From the NCBI GenBank assembly GCA_016699975.1, contig CP064994.1, positions 193,222 to 257,221 on the forward strand: a DNA stretch of 64,000 bases, given 5' to 3'. Position 1 is the first letter of the stretch. Every line of letters starts with the position of its first letter. The notes below the pieces were generated by a model. The model was not told where the DNA came from. It made no database searches and saw only the letters and a list, made by a program, of their open reading frames with translations. Position numbers and translations under genes: made by a program. Shown one piece after another: positions 60,745 through 64,000 of this stretch. The stretch is from Candidatus Moraniibacteriota bacterium (GTDB lineage Bacteria > Patescibacteriota > Minisyncoccia > Moranbacterales > UBA1568).

Positions 60745-61002
60745 TTAGATGATATTGACTATACCGCGGATTACCTCGTTATAGAGAGTCTCATCTGGAA
60801 TATCTGTGAGTTTAAGGGAGGTATTTTCCTCCTGAACTTTTCTCCGGAACTCTTTTAGAAGTGGTTGTATTTCACCCACACTGAAGGTGCCGGCAACTTT
60901 TTCTAAAATCACTGTTTCTATGATTTTTTGGGCCATTTCTCGAATTGCTTCTCTTTGGGAGCATTCTTGAACGACACTTTTGATGAGCAGAGAGGTGGAC
61001 AT
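60745..61002 (-). CDS. Hypothetical small protein
   Basis: 85-aa ORF, convergent with the gene at 60074..60736. Confidence 0.35.
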   Translation of the reverse strand: MSTSLLIKSVVQECSQREAIREMAQKIIETVILEKVAGTFSVGEIQPLLKEFRRKVQEENTSLKLTDIPDETLYNEVIRGIVNII

Positions 61003-61205
61003 TTTATTTGTCTCCTTGTGCCGTGGGTTGCCTACGAAAAAGAGCAGACTTCTATACTCATAATTAAATTCTGATGTACTTTATGTCTCAAAAAATTCCT
61101 GAAAAAGAGGAATGCACATTAAAGCATGAGAAAAATTACATGTCAATACTTTTTCTAAATCGAGTTTTATAGTATAGTGCTCGTATGAAGCATTAATCCC
61201 TTCTT

Positions 61206-62396
61206 TTGTTTCTTATGTCTCCAGGGAAAAAAATTGCGATTGGATTAGGAATTTTCTTTTTAGTGCTGGGAGGATGGTATTCGTCGGGAATCTGGCCGTT
61301 TCAAAAAGCGCCGCGCCAAACCATTGAACTCGAAAATGGCAAAGAAAAGCCCACTCCTTCGAATGACGTAAAACCGATTCAGAATACGGGGCCGGTGAGC
61401 CCTATTACCGGAGTGGCGTGTGATAATTGGAACAAGCGGCCGATTGCCGTTATGCAGCCTGCCGACAGAACTGCGCGTCCTGCGGCGGGTTTTTCGGATG
61501 CGGATATCGTTTTCGAAATGCCAGTTTTCACGAATTCCAACACGCGTCTCATGGGAATTTATCTCTGCACTATCCCTAAGGATATTGGTTCCATGAGGAG
61601 CGCGCGTCATGATTATTTGCCCCTCGCGAAAAGTTTCGACGCGGTGTTTGTGCATTGGGGATATTCGAAATTTGCAGAAACGCTCCTTTCTCAAAAGGTG
61701 ATCGATAACATCAACTGTCTCACCATGTCGTGTCCTCGGTGGCCGCGAACGGGTATGATGAAACTAGAAGATACGGGTCACATTACTGCGGAAGGAATAG
61801 ACCAGGCAATGAAAAAATTCGGCTACAAAACAGAAGGAACTTTTTCTGGCTATCCTCACCAAGAAGAAGCGTCACTCGAAAATCGGCCACAGTCGGGAAC
61901 GCTCCGAGTCTCTTTCCCGAATCCGTATGATGTGACCTATACCTACGATCGCGCCACCAACTCGTATCTGCGCACGTGGGATAAAGATCCTGATACCGAC
62001 AAAAACAATGGGAAGCGAATTGCGCCGAAGAATGTGGTGGTGATGGTTGCGGAGTCGGAACAGATTCGCCTCGATATCGATTATGCTGCTCGCGGCGTCA
62101 AAAATCCCTGGGACTTGGTTCCTGAGGAAGATCGAGCGGGTCTCAACTATGGCGGAGTCGGTCGCTACAACAATATCAATATGGGTGATCCGTGGTTCGA
62201 CACCAAGGACAGTGGAGAAGCATATTTCTACATGAACGGCAAAGAAACACGTGGCACTTGGAAAAAAGACAAGAAGAGCCTCGAAAGCAAACTCACGTTT
62301 CTTGATGAAGCCGGAAAAGAAATCATGTTCGTTCCGGGGCAAATCTGGGTCGAAGTGCTGGAGCCCGGTCAGGGTCGTAAGTGGCAAGCGCAATGA
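61206..62396 (+). CDS. DUF3048 domain secreted protein or lipoprotein
   Basis: Signal peptide; PITGVACDNWNKRPIAVMQPADRTARP...DIVFEMPVFTNSNTRLMGIY. Confidence 0.65.
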   Translation: MFLMSPGKKIAIGLGIFFLVLGGWYSSGIWPFQKAPRQTIELENGKEKPTPSNDVKPIQNTGPVSPITGVACDNWNKRPIAVMQPADRTARPAAGFSDADIVFEMPVFTNSNTRLMGIYLCTIPKDIGSMRSARHDYLPLAKSFDAVFVHWGYSKFAETLLSQKVIDNINCLTMSCPRWPRTGMMKLEDTGHITAEGIDQAMKKFGYKTEGTFSGYPHQEEASLENRPQSGTLRVSFPNPYDVTYTYDRATNSYLRTWDKDPDTDKNNGKRIAPKNVVVMVAESEQIRLDIDYAARGVKNPWDLVPEEDRAGLNYGGVGRYNNINMGDPWFDTKDSGEAYFYMNGKETRGTWKKDKKSLESKLTFLDEAGKEIMFVPGQIWVEVLEPGQGRKWQAQ

Positions 62397-63371
62397 TTCT
62401 CTTTTTCTTCGGGGAAGACGCTTTCCGTATTCGAGAGCGGCGCCTCGAGTTAATACGTGCCTTTTTCGAAAAAAACCCGGGTTCCTCGGGTTTTTTCGAA
62501 TTTGATTTTTCGGATGGGGCTTCTTTGAAGGACCTTACTTCTTGCCTTTCGCAATCAGGTCTTTTTGCAGCCAAAAAATTCGTTATTGCGGGGAATATTT
62601 TTGACGCTCCTCTCGAAGTACGACGCCTCCTTTCGGAATATCTTGATGTGGAAGGGGAGATGATCGCTCGAGATTCGCAACGCATTCTCCTTTTTTTTCA
62701 AAATGGTGAGCCAAAAAAGAATGAGAAGTTGTGGAAATCTCTTTCATCGAATTTCGTGAAGTCGCAGGCATTTCCGCTTCTCTCAGGAAACGAACTCCAT
62801 CAATTTCTTTCTTCTCTCATCACAACGTTTCACGGAAGGGGGATTGAGGCACCGGCACGCGCGCTTCTTCTTGAACGGTGCCAAAAACGACTTGTTTCGT
62901 CTCCGAGAAGAAGCGCGAAAACTCGTGGCTTTTCGCGCAGGCGAGATGATTCGTGAAGAAGATGTGCGTCTCCTTCTTCCCTTTGCTCCGGAAGAAGAAA
63001 GTGTTTTTCGCGCGCTTGACCTTTTGTTTTCCGGGAACAGGAAGGAAGCAATGATGGTATTCTCGCGACTGGGAGTTCCGGGAGAAGCCCTCGGCCTTCT
63101 TGGGATGTGCGCGTGGCAGCTCAAGAATATCATTCGCGTGAAGGGTGCTCTTCTTGATGGAAGTCTGAAGAATGCAGCTGAAGCGGCTCGACTCTTGGGC
63201 ATGCATCCCTTTGCTGCGACAAAGTGTTTTGATATCGCCAGTCGACTGACCCTTAAAGCGGCGGAAGATTTATTTCTTCGACTGACTCGGCTCGATCGTG
63301 AAGCGAAAAGCGGGGTTCGAGACCCCGACGATGCCCTGCGCGCGTTTGTGCTTGAAGAGTCATGTTTTTAA
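62393..63371 (+). CDS. holA: DNA polymerase III delta subunit, frame changed at the A5 run near 62905
   Basis: MILFFFGEDAFRIRE N-terminus; ORFs 62381..62956 and 62844..63371 overlap; ATGA overlap with the upstream gene. Confidence 0.7.
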
Positions 63372-63537
63372 AATCTTCAAAAGATTTTGATGACGCATGA
63401 CATTTCCTTGGAAAAAAGAGAGACAGAAAGTTCATTTGAGAAAGTTTTGCCCGAACAGTTCTCTCTTTGGAAGTAAAGAAATCAAACTCCGAAGAGGTAT
63501 CGAATGAGATATCTACAACTTTACTTAACTGGCAATT

Positions 63538-63569
63538 TCAAAAATTCCTTCCCGAATTTGGGAAGGAAT
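63538..63569 (-). terminator. Rho-independent terminator of rpsT
   Basis: attccttccc-gaattt-gggaaggaat with a T-run on the minus strand. Confidence 0.7.
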
Positions 63570-63627
63570 CTTGAGGGGTCAGGAAATGAATCCAGTAAGG
63601 AAACGACTCCTGGTGAGAGCCTTGCTC

Positions 63628-63900
63628 CTACTTTCCCAATGCTTCTTTTTTGACGAGAGGATTGAGACGGGATTTTTTTCGCGCCGCCGTATTTTTCTTG
63701 ATAATATTTTTTTCCGCGGCCTTGTCGAGGCTTTTTATAGCGAGTCGAAGCTCTTTCTGTGCCGTGTCGATATCGTTTGCTTTTACGGCTTCGCGCGTTT
63801 TCTTGATGGCGCTTTTGGCAACCCCTTTCACTCCCTTATTTCTCACGGTCTTTCGCGCGGTAACGCGCATGTATTTCTTGGCGGAATTCTTGATGGGCAT
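63628..63900 (-). CDS. rpsT: 30S ribosomal protein S20
   Basis: Basic 90-aa protein MPIKNSAKKYMRVTARKT...AIKSLDKAAEKNIIKKNTAARKKSRL. Confidence 0.9.
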   Translation of the reverse strand: MPIKNSAKKYMRVTARKTVRNKGVKGVAKSAIKKTREAVKANDIDTAQKELRLAIKSLDKAAEKNIIKKNTAARKKSRLNPLVKKEALGK

Positions 63901-64000
63901 AGCGAGAGTTCTTAAGAGATAGACGGAAGATGTTCTTTCCTTGTACCATGTGGGATATCTTTTGGCAAGAGACGAATTCGTGTGGTAGAGTGAAGGCTAT

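Noticed and set aside
1-64000. Alternative genetic code (UGA=Gly, code 25) suggested by the in-frame TGA in iPGM and the CPR-like gene content
   Set aside because: Long genes (polA, PBP, thrS, dnaG, rpoD, the 1083-aa ORF) are intact under the standard code, many terminate with TGA, and GC is ~50%. One isolated TGA is better explained by mutation or error.

Overview
This 64-kb window looks like an uncultivated bacterium (~50% GC) whose small genes and domain content (DUF4012, DUF475, LytR_C, DUF3048) point to a CPR/Patescibacteria-like lineage, though I am not certain of the phylum. The window splits into three regions.

Region 1 (1-29001) is a conserved housekeeping backbone: tig' (partial), clpP, a 2,3-bisphosphoglycerate-independent phosphoglycerate mutase, rny, hup, tRNA-Pro, an FNR-like oxidoreductase, a 1180-aa secreted protein built from about ten tandem Ig-like repeats, tRNA-Gly(TCC), a class A PBP, a DUF475 protein, thrS, a DUF4012 protein, an IS30-family element, tRNA-Gly(CCC), a LytR_C protein, dnaG, rpoD, a NUDIX hydrolase, an orphan hypC and tRNA-Asn.

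Region 2 (about 29002-48550) is a mosaic, largely AT-rich, mobile-looking island that begins immediately after tRNA-Asn. It carries a DDE_Tnp_4 IS with 3-bp ATT flanking repeats, a second inverted and degraded IS30 copy, a large serine recombinase, an XRE/DUF2975 pair, a 1083-aa membrane-anchored protein, a zinc-ribbon NUDIX protein, a GT9 glycosyltransferase, and a family of hairpin repeats containing the palindrome GTTCGAAC.

The most interesting feature sits in this island: a thiazole/oxazole-modified-microcin (TOMM)-like RiPP module. It consists of a SagB-type dehydrogenase (PSAGALYP motif) and a YcaO cyclodehydratase (ELIERDA motif), followed by a 54-aa Ser/Cys/Gly-rich candidate precursor peptide with an RBS and a strong terminator, then a convergent HExxH metallopeptidase and the recombinase.

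Region 3 (49477-64000) returns to backbone genes: tsaE, an IPT/FN3 secreted protein, polA, a DUF3048 protein, holA and rpsT.

A pervasive technical or biological signal runs through the window: many otherwise conserved genes are split by single-base frame changes, several at homopolymer runs (clpP twice, FNR-like, DUF475, DUF4012, holA, a surface protein, SagB/YcaO, both IS30 transposases), and the phosphoglycerate mutase has an in-frame TGA. This points to systematic sequencing error or real gene decay. All coordinates and frameshift positions are read by eye from the sequence and ORF track.
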